A DNA stretch of 64,000 bases from Pholidichthys leucotaenia (lineage: Eukaryota): contig CM035846.1 in the NCBI GenBank assembly GCA_020510985.1, positions 202,843,081-202,907,080 of the forward strand. Reading direction: 5' to 3'. The translations under genes and the position numbers were made by a program. Shown here piece by piece: positions 51,658 through 64,000 of this stretch. Numbering within the stretch: the stretch's first letter is position 1; every line of letters starts with the position of its first letter. The notes below the pieces were generated by a model. The model was not told the origin of the DNA. It saw only the letters and a list, made by a program, of their open reading frames with translations, and ran no database searches.

Positions 51658-52527
51658 TTAATGGTGAGTCAAACTTGTAACCAAACGATTTTTAAGGTAC
51701 TCGCTTACAAGGTCTACAGACTACTGTAAAGAAAATAACATACTACTACTTGAATCGAATTTTAAAAGACTTTGATGAAACATTTGTTTGACAGAATCGT
51801 TTAGATAACCTGGACTTGGATTTGGAGTGTGATGATGGGGGAGGCGTATCTGTAAGTAACAGTTTTCAGTGGTGTGTTTGTTAGTTAAAGGTAATTTTAC
51901 CGACCCAGCCTGACTCGGAGTGGCTGGAACCTTCAGAATACCAGCAGCGCACAAACCGCTCATGTCCCCGAGGCTGTTTGACTGGCTTTGTTGCTTTGTT
52001 TTGAGTGAACATGGGCGTCTTAAAATGTGTGGTTGCCCTACTGTAGGGCAAAAGTGGGTGCCTGATGTTATATTGTTTATTAACCAGGTAAGGGTTTTCC
52101 TTTTCAATAACTTGAATTATTTAATCTATAAGCACTGAATATACTTTTCATACCATACAAGATAAGTCAAAAATTGGTGCTATTCCTGATAAATGTGACC
52201 AATTGAAGTGTTTTCCTGATGCTCAAATAATTACTTTAATACCAGTACAGCTGGGAGACTGAAGGAATTATTTTTCTTTAATCTTGTGTGTGCATCTCAG
52301 CACCTTACACAAAAGTTGGTGTCTATTTTTGTGCTCACAAGTATCTTTTGCATGCAAGTTAGTATCTTGTTCTTGCAAGACGCTGTCTTGTGCACACAAG
52401 ATTAAAAAATCCTGTACTGTGGAAAGAGTCAATTAGTTATTCAAGATGCCCCACTTTCAAACTGGATTGTCAACATTACTGATGGGTCAGTTTTCCCTCT
52501 TAAATTTGTAGGGGTTTTTTTTCCTTA

Positions 52528-52900
52528 TGGGCAGCAGTGGCTCAGGAGATTGAGTGGGTCGTCCAGTGACCTGAGGGGTTGGTGGTTTGAATCCCGCTCT
52601 CCCCAGCTATCCTGCCATTGTGTCCCTGGGCAAGACACTTTATCCACCTTGCCTCCAATGTCCATGACACTGGATACGAATGTGTATAAATGTTCAGCAG
52701 TGGGTGGAGAGGCTGTTGGTGCAGATTGGCAGCCACGTTTCTGTCAGTCTGGCCCAGGGCAGCTGTGGCTACAGAAGTAGCTTACCACTACCATTGTCTG
52801 TCTGTGGAGTGAATGAATAATGTATCCATTGTAGAGCATCTTTGAGTGTCCATGAAAAGCGCTATATAAATCCGATGCATTATTATTATTGTATAGTTGA
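52528..52900 (+). mobile_element. tRNA-derived SINE, common teleost type with an agcgctatataaat...attattattatt tail
   Basis: Head gggcagcagtggctcaggagattgagtgggtcgtccagtgacctgaggggttggtggtttgaatcccgctctcccc. Body ..tgtccctgggcaagacactttatccacc. Tail agcgctatataaatccgatgcattattattatt. Confidence 0.75.
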
Positions 52901-53229
52901 AGCTTCTTCTCAGTCACAAATTTTTTTTTAAACCTTGTATTCATCCAACCATTTACTGATATCCATGTGACGATGCCTCGTACAGCTTCTGGGTAATATT
53001 ATTGAGTCATGGGTGATCTTAAACAGATAAGGTTTAATCCTCCCCTCAATGCACAAAACCATATTATTGAAGGTGTAATTCATTTACAAATCACACAAAA
53101 AGAGAATTGGCTCACTTATCCTGCTGTTGTCTCAAAGTAATCAGATTTTTAAGCCCATTCCAGCAAAGCCAGAAGGCGCTAGTATGATATGGAGTCCGTC
53201 CACATTTCACAGGAGTCCCTACTCCTCCT

Positions 53230-53600
53230 TTAGGCATTTGAGATGATGGTCACCAAACTTACAACGATCCTCAGGTGGGTCTATATCCAAGTTGTGGTCA
53301 AGGGCAAAAGTCAGGAGAGCTGGGCACTTGGGTGAGTTCATGAAAATTACTCCTCCTAGTCAATTGCCCCAGTGGTTGGCAAACTCATTCATGAGGATCT
53401 TCGAGTGGGTCTGCATCCACGCTGTGCTCTAGGTCAGGGTCATGGTGAACAATCAGGTGATCTGGACACTTTATCTGATTTTGGAAAAAATCACTTTTCT
53501 TTGGCAGTTGCCTCAATGCTTACCAATCTCACTCACAAAGATCCTCAGGTAGGTCTACATCCTGGTTGAGGTCAAGGTCAACAATCCAGAGATCTGAGCA
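53230..53600. repeat. Tandem repeat, about 3 units of ~140 bp (..actca.tca.ga.gatc.tc..gtgggtct..atcc....tg.tc.agggtca.ggtca..)
   Basis: Units at about 53240-53345, 53385-53500 and 53525-53600 align by eye. Confidence 0.5.
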
Positions 53601-54479
53601 CTCATGATTTACTGAGGCTGGAATGAGCTACTCCATCAACTGACTTTCTGGTTGTTAGTTATTATGAATTTGCTGGCATATTTGAAGAAGATAAGTAATC
53701 CTTCTGATCCAGTCATTTCTGATGATTTGCAAATTAAGATGGATTTGTGAAGGCCTAGTTGTTTTTTTTTAAACATGCCACTGCTGCAGTCATGCAAACA
53801 CATCAGCAGGACATTTACAGCAGGGAAGATGAGTATTGAACATGTCAACATTTTTCTCATTAAACATATTTCTGATGGAGCCATTGACCTGAGATTTTCA
53901 CTAAATATCAGTAACAACCCAAGTAAGGCTGTGTGTCCACAAAACGCGCTTTTTGTCAACCGACTGCCTGAGGTTTTTTTTTTTTTTTTTTCCCCAGCGT
54001 TTGTGCATGACGCTGGGGGGGGGGGGCCTGTGCCCTGTATCCCAGCAACAGCTTGTCACTCTCAGCTCAACACTTCCACTTTCTTGTTGTCAGACTTTCT
54101 TATGATTTTTTTTTAATAGCAGTATCTAAATAACAATGGATGTTTTAGCAGCTCTGGGTGTGAAATATGATGACACGGAAAGCAGGAGTCTGAGTACAGA
54201 CGAGTACCAGCGTCCTATGTCCCGCTCACGCAGCAGTTCTGATTGACTGCTTAGGTCTGACATTGACGAGCTCAGCTGCAGTTTCTAAAAAGTTGAACTG
54301 TTTTCAACTCTGAGCACCGCGACAAAAAACGGCCACTGCTGAGAGTGTTTCAGCGCCGTAAACGCTGGACTACATAGAGAATGAATGGAAAATCGCCGCT
54401 CAGAGCTGAAAAAATGCGTTTGGTAGACACGCAGCCTAATCCATACATATAAAGAAATCAAGGCAACTTCACTGTTGGT

Positions 54480-55100
54480 ATGATGTTTTTGGGCTGATGT
54501 GCAGTGCCATTTCTCCTCCAGACATGCTGTGTTGTGGCTTCCAAAAAGTTCAGTTTTGGTCTAATTTGACCAGACTATATTCTCCCAGTATTTTACTTGC
54601 TTTGCCCAAATGTTGTGCAGCAAACTTTAAATGAGCTTCAACATGCTTTTTCTTCAGCAATGGAGTCTTGCAAAGTGAGCGGGCATAGAGCCCATGTCGG
54701 TTGAGTGCATTACTTATTGTTTTTTTTGAAACAGCAATACCTGCTAACTCCAGGTCTTTCTGGAGATCTCCACAAGTGGTCTTTGGCTCTTGGATAACTC
54801 TTCTCAAAATTCTGCGGACTCTTGTCAAAAATCTTGCGAGGAGCTTCTTGTCATAGCCGGTTTATGGTAAAATAATGTTCTTTCCACCTCTGAATGATGG
54901 CTCCAACAGTGCTCACTGGAACATTCAGCAGTTTAGAAATGTGCCTGTAACCAATACCATCATAATGTTTTGCTACAATAAGGTTGCAAAGGTCTAGAGA
55001 GAGCTCTTTGCTTCTACCCATCATGAGGTCTTTGTGGTGTGACAATCTGATATTTACAGACCTTTATAAAGGCAGTCAGTCAGGACTTAACCAGCTGAAA
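54480..55100 (-). mobile_element. Tc1 transposase N-terminal fragment (HTH only), truncated
   Basis: Minus-strand ORFs 54851-55045 (MSHHKDLMMGRSKELSLDLCNLIVAKHYDGIGYRHISKLLNVPVSTVGAIIQRWK) and 54550-54828. Confidence 0.6.
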
Positions 55101-57243
55101 TCAATTTGAACTGATGGGTGATGGAATGGTTTCCTAAATTCTGATGGATTTCAGCTGGTTTCTTGGCTTTCTATGCCTTTTTGCACCTCTTTTTCTTCAT
55201 GTGTTCAATACTTATTCCCTGTGTCATTTCATTTTATTAAATATAACTTGTTTTATGAACAAAGTTAGCTTGATTTCTTTGTATTTATGGAATACTTGGG
55301 TTGTTACTGATATCTTCTGAAAATATCAGGTCAATGGTTCCATCAGAAATACTCTGTTTAATGAGAAAAATGATGTGTTCAATACTTATTTCCCCCACTG
55401 TAAATATAGTTTTCCCCTTTTTGACAAATTATCCTTCATTAGGCCGAAGGCTATAAGATTGTTCATGCAATTAAAAGGCTGAAGAGGGGGAGACGGCATC
55501 AGCTGTGACAGAAGTGGACATAGAGGGTCCAGAGGATCCCCTAAGCTATATGGACAATATACAATGGATATAAAAAGTCTACACATCCCCATTCAAATGC
55601 CAGGTTTTTGTGATGTAAAAAAATGAAACCAAGATAAATCATTTCAAAACTTTTTTGCCCCATTAACTAATTACACTGGTCAACACCAGATTTATTGTCT
55701 AAGTTTTTTTTAGCTGATTTAGGACAATTTTGAAGTGCTGAATCCAAAAATCACATTGGTTTTGCTCAATCAGGTCAACTTTTTGAACTATGGCTACATG
55801 TTTTTTGATGTTTTTGTTTACATGTACGGGTATTTTCGCTTTATGTGATGCAAAATTCTTTATTTCTTGAAATTCTCTGAATTTTGAACAATGATGATGT
55901 AACATTCAATTTACATATACTTACCTTTATCAAAGTCTATTATTCAATTTACAGTACAACTGCTGTACAACTGCTTATAACTTAACATAAAAACCTGACC
56001 TGATCGAGAGAAACGGATGTCATTTTCGGATTCAGCGGTGCAAAACTGTCTTAAATCAGTTGAAAAAACACAGACAACTTACAAAAAAATTATTTTTATG
56101 TTGTGTTATTTATGTTCATTATTATGTACCTGGCAAGTTAAGATGACCGAAATTCACCAAGTCAATGACTTTAATCCGTCAGCAGCCTTCAGACAAACTA
56201 AACGTGCCAACATTTGGATTTCAAAATAAGGGAGGTTTTTCCTGCTGTCGGGTTGGTGAGGAGAGTTCTAAAAAAACTACAAATACATAGAAATATTATA
56301 ACAAAAATAACTGCATATTTGGTCATTTAATTTATTTCTTTAATAAATATAATTTTAATAATTATATTTCTTTGAATTCAGAGTTACTGTTCTGTTCTGG
56401 CTTTACAAAGTTATGGTCAAAAGTTTCAGTTGTATGAGGAAAAAGTAAAAAAAAAAAAAAAAAATTCACATTCTGTTTCAAATTTATTAAAGAAAACCCC
56501 AGCAATTTTATAATAATCTGCCTTTGGCCATCAGACAGGCCTCTTCACTGTCCAGTTTTAAAACTCCTCTTAAAACCCATTTTTATTCTCTGGCTTTTGA
56601 CCCAGTTTGAGACATTGATTTTATTTGTTCTTATTGTCTCTGTTGTATGACTATTGTTTTGTTTGTGCTGTTTTGTACTTTAGCTGTATTTTATTGATTT
56701 TATATTTTATTTATTGTTGATGTACAGCACTCTGTGTCAATTGTCGTTTTGAAAGAGCTTTATAAATAAAGTTGGATTGGATTAAAAAAGATAAACATTA
56801 GCCATAAAATAATACACAAATTTATAATAGTCTCAAATGTACAAGAAAAGTAATAATTTTACAAGAGAAAATGACAAATTTGAGGAAAATGGTTGCAAAT
56901 TTAGATAAATTTACAGAGAAAAGTAGAAAACTATAAGAAAATTGTTGTGAATTTTGGAGAAAAACCTCAAACCTTCAAGACTGAAGTCATTACCCAAGTT
57001 TTTAAGTGGGTGCTCTTTGTATCCTTAACTCGACTAGAAATTTTTGTCTACTTTTAATTATTAATTTCAAAGCACTGCTTTTACATGAGTAGAATTTCTG
57101 GCTACTACCTCTGACCATATAATTTAAGTATACATGAGTAAATTACTATTATGAATGGGTTTCCCCTCCCCTTTTCCTACTCTTTGTCAATGGAAAAAAA
57201 GAAACGCCAGAATAAAAATACAAAAAATACACATTTTGGTTAT

Positions 57244-58960
57244 TTATGTAAACCATGAAAAAAAAATCCTGCAAGACAAAACATGACACTTGATGGTTCT
57301 GCCTCTGATGCTCCGGAATCGTTTGCCAGATGGCAGAAGTTCAAAGTGTTTATGCAGAGGGTGAGAACGGTCCTTGACAATGTTCAGTGCCCTGCTCCTA
57401 CAACGGTTCTGAAAAAGTTCTTGGACAGAGGGGAGGGAGACTCCAATTACCCTCTCAGCTCCCTTAACTATCCTCTGCAGGACTTTTTTGTCTGACATAC
57501 TGCAGCTGGAGTACCATGTAGCAATGCAGTACATCAGAACACTCTCCACCACACCTCTGTAGAAGGTCCTGAGGATGCAGATGGGGAGAAAGGCTTGTTT
57601 GAGTTTTCTCAAGAAGTGCAGTCTCTGCTGGGCCCGCTTCCTGATCCCCAAGGCATTCTTGCTCCAGGTCAGGTCCTGCGAGATCTGCACTCCGAGGAAC
57701 TTGATGTTCTCCACTAAACGGCCGCCGATGCTGAGGGGGACGTGTTCAGGCTGTGACCGCCGGAAGTCGATAATCATCTCCTTCGTTTTGTCCACGTTGA
57801 GCACCAGATTGTTTTCCCTGCACCAGCCCTCCAGGTCTCTCACTTCTTCCCTGTACATTGATTCCTCATCCCTCTGAATAAGTCCCACCACCGTGATGTC
57901 GTCTGCAAACTTAATAATCTGGTTCCCCTCGTGTCTGGGTACACAGTCATGTGTTAGAAGTGTAAACAACAGTGGACTGAGTACGCAGCCTTGAGGGGAT
58001 CCGGTGCTCAGCGTGACAGAGTTGGAGATGTTGTTTCCAACCCGGACAGACTGAGGTCTCTCAGTCAGGAAATCCAGGATCCAGAGACATGTGGTGGTGT
58101 TCAGACCAAGGAGTAATTTCTCCATCAGTCTCTGGGGAATAATGGTGTTGAATGCTGAGCTGAAATCAATGTACAGGAGTCTGGCGTAGGTGTCTTTCTG
58201 ATCCAGGTGGGTGATGACAGAGTGCAGGGTGGTGACTATAGCATCCTCCGTGGAGCGGTTTGAACGATATGCAAACTGGAGCAGGTCATGTGATGCAGTG
58301 GGCCAGGCTGTGATGTGTGGTTTGACAAGCTGTTCAAAACACTTCATCACAATTGGTGTCAGTGCAACAGGACGATAGTCATTCAGACAGGACACAACTG
58401 GTTTCTTTGCCACCGGTACTATGATAGAGGTCTTGAAGCATCTGGGAACGATGGCCTGACTCAGGGAGATGTTATAAATGTCAGTCAGTACATCCGCCAA
58501 CTCGCTCGCGCAGTCTCAGAGCACACATCCCGGGATGTTGTTCGGACCTGCAGCTTTACGTGGGTTGACCCTGGTTAGGGTCCTCCGTGTGTCCGCTGTG
58601 TTGATGGTAAAAGCTGGTCTGGCCAATGGTGGGGATGGGCCAGCCCTCCCTCTGATTGTCGGGTTTGATGCTTCAAAACGTGCAAAGAAGTCATTGAGCC
58701 TGTCTGGAAGCGAAGCGTCGTCATCATCGACCCCCTGCCTAGACTTATAGCCCATCAGTGTCCGAACTCCCTGCCACATCTGCTTGGTGTTCCTAGTGTC
58801 ACAGAGGTGTCCCTGGATTTTCTCCGCATAGGCGTGCTTTGCCGTCTTAATTCCCTTTGACAGCGCAGACCTGGCTGAGCGGAGGGTGATCCTGTCCTTC
58901 GCTCTGAAGGCTGCATCTCTGGCTGTAAGCAGCGAGCGCACCTCTGCGGTCATCCAGGGC
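57244..58960 (-). mobile_element. 5-prime-truncated Rex1/CR1-like non-LTR retrotransposon (RT domain, no endonuclease)
   Basis: ORFs 57244-58500 ([39 protein letters not shown]) and 58516-58953 upstream on the same strand. Confidence 0.75.
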
Positions 58961-60925
58961 TTATGGTTTTTGGTATTTTCTAGCCTGTTTGTATACCACT
59001 ATAGAAGAGAGAACCTGAATTAGACAGAGCTCAGAAAGGGAAAGATGAGACAGAAGAGAGGAGCCAAGGAGAGGAAAGTGTTCAGACTAGGGATGGGCAT
59101 AATTAATCAATTAATTGATAATTGATCATTAAGAATTTCACAGAGGAAGTTCGTTTTCGTCGACAAACCGATTTTTTTTTTTTTTTTTTTTTGAAACAAT
59201 CCGAATGTAGGTTATTAGGCCTAGTGCACGGCCGTCCTCAAACAATGCAATGCATTTAACTGTGCCACTGGCAAAATTTGGGCACCAGGGGGCAACATTT
59301 CACCATCGCCGTACCCTGGTGTGCCTCAGTTGATACATGCGAGCTTCCGTAGGTCAATCGCCAAATCATGAAGAGGTCGCGGCAAAGTGTTGCGTGGGAC
59401 CACTTTAATTTAAAAAATGACCAGGTGTACTGCAATCACTGCAATGCAGCATACAAATATACCTCATCGACAACACAAATGATGTATCATTTGAACACCA
59501 CTCATCCAAGCCTGGTAAACGACGGTGGCGGCGGTTCATCATCTCTAACCCAGGCTAGCCTGGACTCGATGCTAGCACAGAGGAGCTGCTTTGTTGCCTT
59601 GTTACAGGCTTTTCGAGATTGTTGTTTTATTATTTTTATTTAGGGTAAAAAAAACGGCTGTTCTGTTATGTTGTCACTGACATGAGTTCACGTTTTACTG
59701 CCAAACACTGAACAAGTGCATTTTTTTTTTTTTTTTAACAAAAAGCAGGCCTATAATTCTGACGCCGTGATATAATGGGATAGCCTACGTAAAGGCAAAT
59801 TGTTGTGTAGCTTTCTTATTTTGATATCCTTGTTTTTAAACAAAGGAAAAGAAAAAAGTAAAAGAAATATGTTCCGTTATGTGTCCTGTATGTGTCTTCC
59901 GTTATTGTCTGGCTTGCAACTTGAAGCCTCCCTCGTTTGCGCAATGCGCATGTGTTCACGTTTTACTGCAAACTTGTCTTGTTAATAAATTCATCCTCGA
60001 AGAAAAACACTCTGTATTTTTTTATTATTATTCTCAATACATAAGAGTATAGGCATCATAGGCCTAAATGTGATTGTTTTTTAATATAAAAATGTTAATG
60101 ATTAACCGATTATTAATCATTAATTCTCCCGACGATCGACAAAGAAAATTTCACCGAATGCCCATCCCTAGTTCAGACAGAGGGTCCAGGAGAGGTGAGA
60201 GCAGAGGGAGGCTAGAAGGATGACACCAGTAAAAAGTCCAAACACAGGGCATCAGGGTGGGACCCCAACTGGCCCAATATGCCAACATTCAAGCCTTAAA
60301 TGGTAAGTTCCATTATGCAGTATTACTGTGCAAAATTAAAAAAAAAAGAAAAAAAGAAAAAGAAATGGTGTAAAATTAACATTTCCGGTTACAATCGTGT
60401 CATGTGTTTTCTGCCTCCCCCCTTTTCCGGAAAAATATGTTGCCACCGCGCCAAGGTCTTTAAGCCAGAGGAAACACTGCACATAATGGGTATTAAGTAG
60501 GCCTGCTGCTTCATAGTGGTATAGACTATTACAAGGCTGAATATAGATTTGGTAAATTAGGGAAATAATTGTTACAACTGTTACTAATATGGGACTGCCA
60601 AAATAAAGGGGTAAATTAGCCTTGTCCTTTTAGCAAAGTTAACAATTTTAGGCTCTTCCTCCACACTAGGATACATATACTGTCATTTTTTTAATTTAAA
60701 AAATCCTTTTCCTTTAAAAATGAAAAAGAAGACATTGGAGACAACTGCCTGTACTGATGACCTGACAGTCCTATAATAAAAAGATTTTTTTTTTTTAATC
60801 CTTATATGGGCAGAGATCTCAACACTCCCCCCCCCCCCCCCAATGTTTGAAACAAAGTTATGCCCTTGGAGTCATCACACACCTGCCACCATTTAAAGTA
60901 CCTCTGATTAACCCCAAATAAAGTT

Positions 60926-63426
60926 CCATCCATCCATCCATCCATCTTCTACCGCTTTTCCGGAGGTCCGGGTCGCGGAGGCAGCAGTTCAAGCAGAGAA
61001 GCCCAGACTTCCCTCTCCCCAGCCACCTGCTCCAGCTCTTCAGAGGGGATACCAAGGCGTTCCCAGACTAGCTGGGAGACATAGTCTCTCCACCGAGTCC
61101 TGGGTCTGCCCCGGGGTCTCCTCCCAGTGGGACGTGCCTGAAACACCTCAAGTGGGAGGCGTCCAGGAGGCATCCTAATCAGATGCCCATACCACCTCAA
61201 CTGACTCCTTTCAATGTGGAGGAGCAGCGGTTCTACTCTGAGCCTCTCCCGGATGACTGAGCTCCTCACCCTATCTCTGAGGGTGAGTCCAGCAATCCTA
61301 CGGAGAAAGCTCATTTCAGCCGCTTGTATCCGCGATCTCGTTCTTTCGGTCATTACCCAAAGCTCGTGACCATAGGTGAGAGTAGGAACGTAGATTGACT
61401 GGTAAATCGACAGCTTTGCCTTAGAACTAAGCTCCCTCTTCACCACAACAGACCGGTACAACGTCCGCATCACTGCAGATGCTGCTCCAATCCGTCTGTC
61501 GATCTCTCGCTCCATTTTCCCCTCACTCGTGAACAAGACCCCAAGATACTTAAACTCCTCCACTTGGGGCAGGAGCCTGTCCCCAACCCGGAGAGGACAA
61601 TCCACCTTTTTCCGGCTGAGGACCATGGACTCGGACTTGGAGGTGCTGATTCTCATCCCAGCCGCTTCACACTCAGCGGCAAACCGTCCCAGCAAGAGCT
61701 GTAGGTCATTGCTGGATGAAGCCAACAGGACAACATCATCTGCAAACAACAGAGATGAGATCCTGTGGTCACCAAGCATGACACACTCCATTCCCTGGCT
61801 GCGCCTAGAAATCCTGTCCATAAAAATTATGAACAGGACCGGTGACAAAGGGCAGCCCTGGCGGAGTCCAACTCTCACTGGGAATGACTCCGACCGAGTG
61901 TTGGCAATGCGAACTAAACTCTCACAACGGTCGTACAGAGACCGAATAGCTCGTAACAACAAGCCCGATACCCCATACTCCCGAAGCACCCCCCACAAAA
62001 ATCCACGAGGGACGCGGTCAAATGCCTTCTCCAAGTCCACAAAACACATGTAAACTGGTTGGGCAAACTCCCACGAACCCTCAAGAATTCTCGAGAGGGT
62101 AAAGAGCTGGTCCGATGTGCCACGGCCAGGACGAAAACCACATTGCTCCTCCTGAATCCGAGGTTCGACCAACGGCCGGACTCTCCTCTCCAGTACCTTG
62201 GCATAGACCTTCCCAGGGAGGCTGAGGAGTGTGATCCCTCTAAAGTTGGAGCACACCCTCCGGTCCCCTTTTTTGAAGAGAGGAACCACCACCCCGGTTT
62301 GCCATGCCAAAGGCACTGCCCCCGACCTCCACGCAATGTTGCAGAGGCGTGTCAACCATGACAACCCAACAACATCCAGGGCCTTGAGGTACTCGGGGCG
62401 AATCTCGTCCACCCCCGGGGCCCGGCCACCAAGGAGATTTTTAACCACCTTGGCGACCTCAGCCCCTGTGATAGGCGAGTCATCCCCCTCGTCCCCAAAC
62501 CCTGCTTCCTCTGTGGAAGGCGTATCAGTGGGATTGAGGAGATCCTCGAAGTATTCCTTCCACCGCCCGACGATATCCCCAGTTGAAGTCAACAGTGTCC
62601 CATCCGCACCATACACAGTGTGGACGGGGAGCTGCTTTCCCCTCCTGAGCCGCCGAACAGTTTGCCAGAATCTCTTTGAAGCCGACCGAAAGTCTTGTTC
62701 CATGGCCTCACCGAACTCCTCCCATACCCGGGTTTTTGCTTCAGCAACCACCCGAGCTGCACTCCGCTTGGCCTGCCGGTACACCTCAGCTGCTTCGGGA
62801 GTCCCACAAGCCAACCAAGCTTGATAGGACTCCTTCTTCAGCTTAATGGCCCCCCTCACCACTGGTGTCCACCACTTGGTTCGGGGGTTGCCACCACGAG
62901 ATGCACCGACCACCTTGCGGCCGCAGCTCTGGGCTGCCGCTTCAACAACAGAGGTGGAGAACATGGCCCATTCAGACTCCATGTCTCCAGACTCCCTCGG
63001 AATGTGGTTGAAGTTCTTCCGGAGGTGGGAGTTGAAGACCTCCCGGACAGGGGCCTCAGCCAGACGCTCCCAGCACACCCTCACTATACGTTTGGGTCTA
63101 CCAGGTCTGAATGGCTTCCTCCCCTGCCATCGGATCCAACTCACCACCAGGTGGTGATCAGTTGACAGCTCTGCACCTCTCTTTACTCGGGTGTCCAAGA
63201 CATACGGTCGCAGGTCTGATGATACGATAACAAAATCGATCATCGACCTGCGGCCTAGGGTGTCCTGGTGCCAGGTGCACATATGGACACCCTTATGCTT
63301 GAACATGGTGTTCGTTATAGACAGACTGTGGTTAGCACAGAAGTCCAATAACTGAACACCACTCGGGTTCAGATCGGGCAGGCCGTTCCTCCCAATCACC
63401 CCCCTCCAGGTTTCACTGTCGTTGCC
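60926..63426 (-). mobile_element. 5-prime-truncated L2/CR1-like LINE (C-terminal half of the APE endonuclease plus a complete RT). 3-prime (CCAT)n tail; inserted into a Tc1 copy with 11-bp TSD caaataaagtt.
   Basis: ORF 60949-63549 (866 aa). Its first ~40 residues are read-through into the Tc1 flank; the rest is EN (..[31 protein letters not shown]) plus RT ([11 protein letters not shown]). caaataaagtt occurs at 60915-60925 and again at 63427-63437, both inside Tc1 sequence that is otherwise contiguous. Confidence 0.85.
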
Positions 63427-64000
63427 CAAATAAAGTTCAGCTGTTCTAATAGGCTTTTCCTGACATTTGGGTCGTCGCATCTTACAGCACAAGCCATGGT
63501 CCGCAGAGAGCTTCCAAAGCATCAGAGGGATCTCATTGTTTAAAGGCATCAGTTAGGATAAGGGTACAAAAGAATTTCCAAGGCATTAAATATACCATGG
63601 AACACAGTGAAGACAGTCATCATCAAGTGGAGAAAATATGGTACAACAGTGAAGCATGATAATGACGCCATCATGCTTTGAGACTGTTTTTCTTCAGCGG
63701 GAACTGGGACCTTAGTCAAGGTGGAGGAAATTATGAACGGTTCCAAATACCAGTCAGTGTTGGCACAAAACCTTCAAGCTTCTGCTAGAAAGCTGAAGAT
63801 GAAGAGGAGCTTCCACTTTCAGCATGGCAATGACCCAAAGCACACATCCAAATCAACAAAAGAATGGTTTTACCAGAAGAAGATTATAGTTTTGGAATGG
63901 CCCAGCCAGAGTCCAGACCTGAGTCTGATCAAACATCTGTGGGGTGATCTGAAGAGGGCTGTGCACAGGAAATGCCCTCGCAATCTGACAGATTTGGAGC
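63427..64000 (+). mobile_element. Tc1 (outer-family) copy, internally deleted. It continues beyond the window; its left part is at 60830-60925.
   Basis: Collinear with 38170-38290 and 40380-40700. The transposase ORF is present (..[50 protein letters not shown]). Confidence 0.7.

Noticed and set aside
63427-63549. The N-terminus ([32 protein letters not shown]..) of the 866-aa minus-strand ORF as a genuine LINE start
   Set aside because: This part lies in Tc1 sequence outside the LINE TSD. It is fortuitous read-through.
1-64000. Prokaryotic-style systems (CRISPR arrays, defense islands, operons)
   Set aside because: The sequence is eukaryotic, shown by spliceosomal introns, Tc1/LINE/SINE/Gypsy content and poly-A tailed retroelements. 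No CRISPR-like spacer arrays were seen. The only regular short repeats are microsatellites and LINE (GATG)n tails.

Overview
This window is eukaryotic, teleost-like intergenic and intronic DNA saturated with transposable elements. It is not a prokaryotic locus, so operon, CRISPR or defense-island style calls do not apply. A few short, splice-bounded coding exons of a host gene lie on the + strand (568-711, 939-1038, 17595-17699, a candidate terminal exon 36916-37036, and weaker candidates at 13868-13996 and 15996-16086). The 17595-17699 exon encodes a WD40-repeat motif (SASYDRTVKLWD); the others carry no recognisable domain. Between these exons the sequence is a mosaic of:
- two near-identical full-length L1-clade LINEs in head-to-head inverted orientation (19277-24797 on the minus strand, 30641-36155 on the plus strand), each with its own target-site duplication (TSD);
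- a young Ty3/Gypsy LTR retrotransposon (41567-46435, minus) with intact gag and pol, identical 394-bp LTRs and a 5-bp TSD;
- L2/CR1-like and Rex1-like LINE fragments (1377-3290, 60926-63426, 57244-58960, 48813-49735);
- many Tc1/mariner DNA transposons, including a Tc1-within-Tc1 nest that also carries a SINE (37548-40955) and a Tc1 copy split by a LINE insertion with an 11-bp TSD;
- several tRNA-derived SINE copies, a ~370-bp satellite-like tandem repeat family that is the insertion target of one L1, foldback/MITE-like inverted repeats, a block-wise inverted structure (24863-26185) and microsatellites.
The most notable observation is the inverted L1 pair with complementary defects. The copy with intact ORF1 and ORF2 has a YADD->YAND change in the reverse-transcriptase active site. 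The copy with an intact active site has a frameshift and a premature stop.
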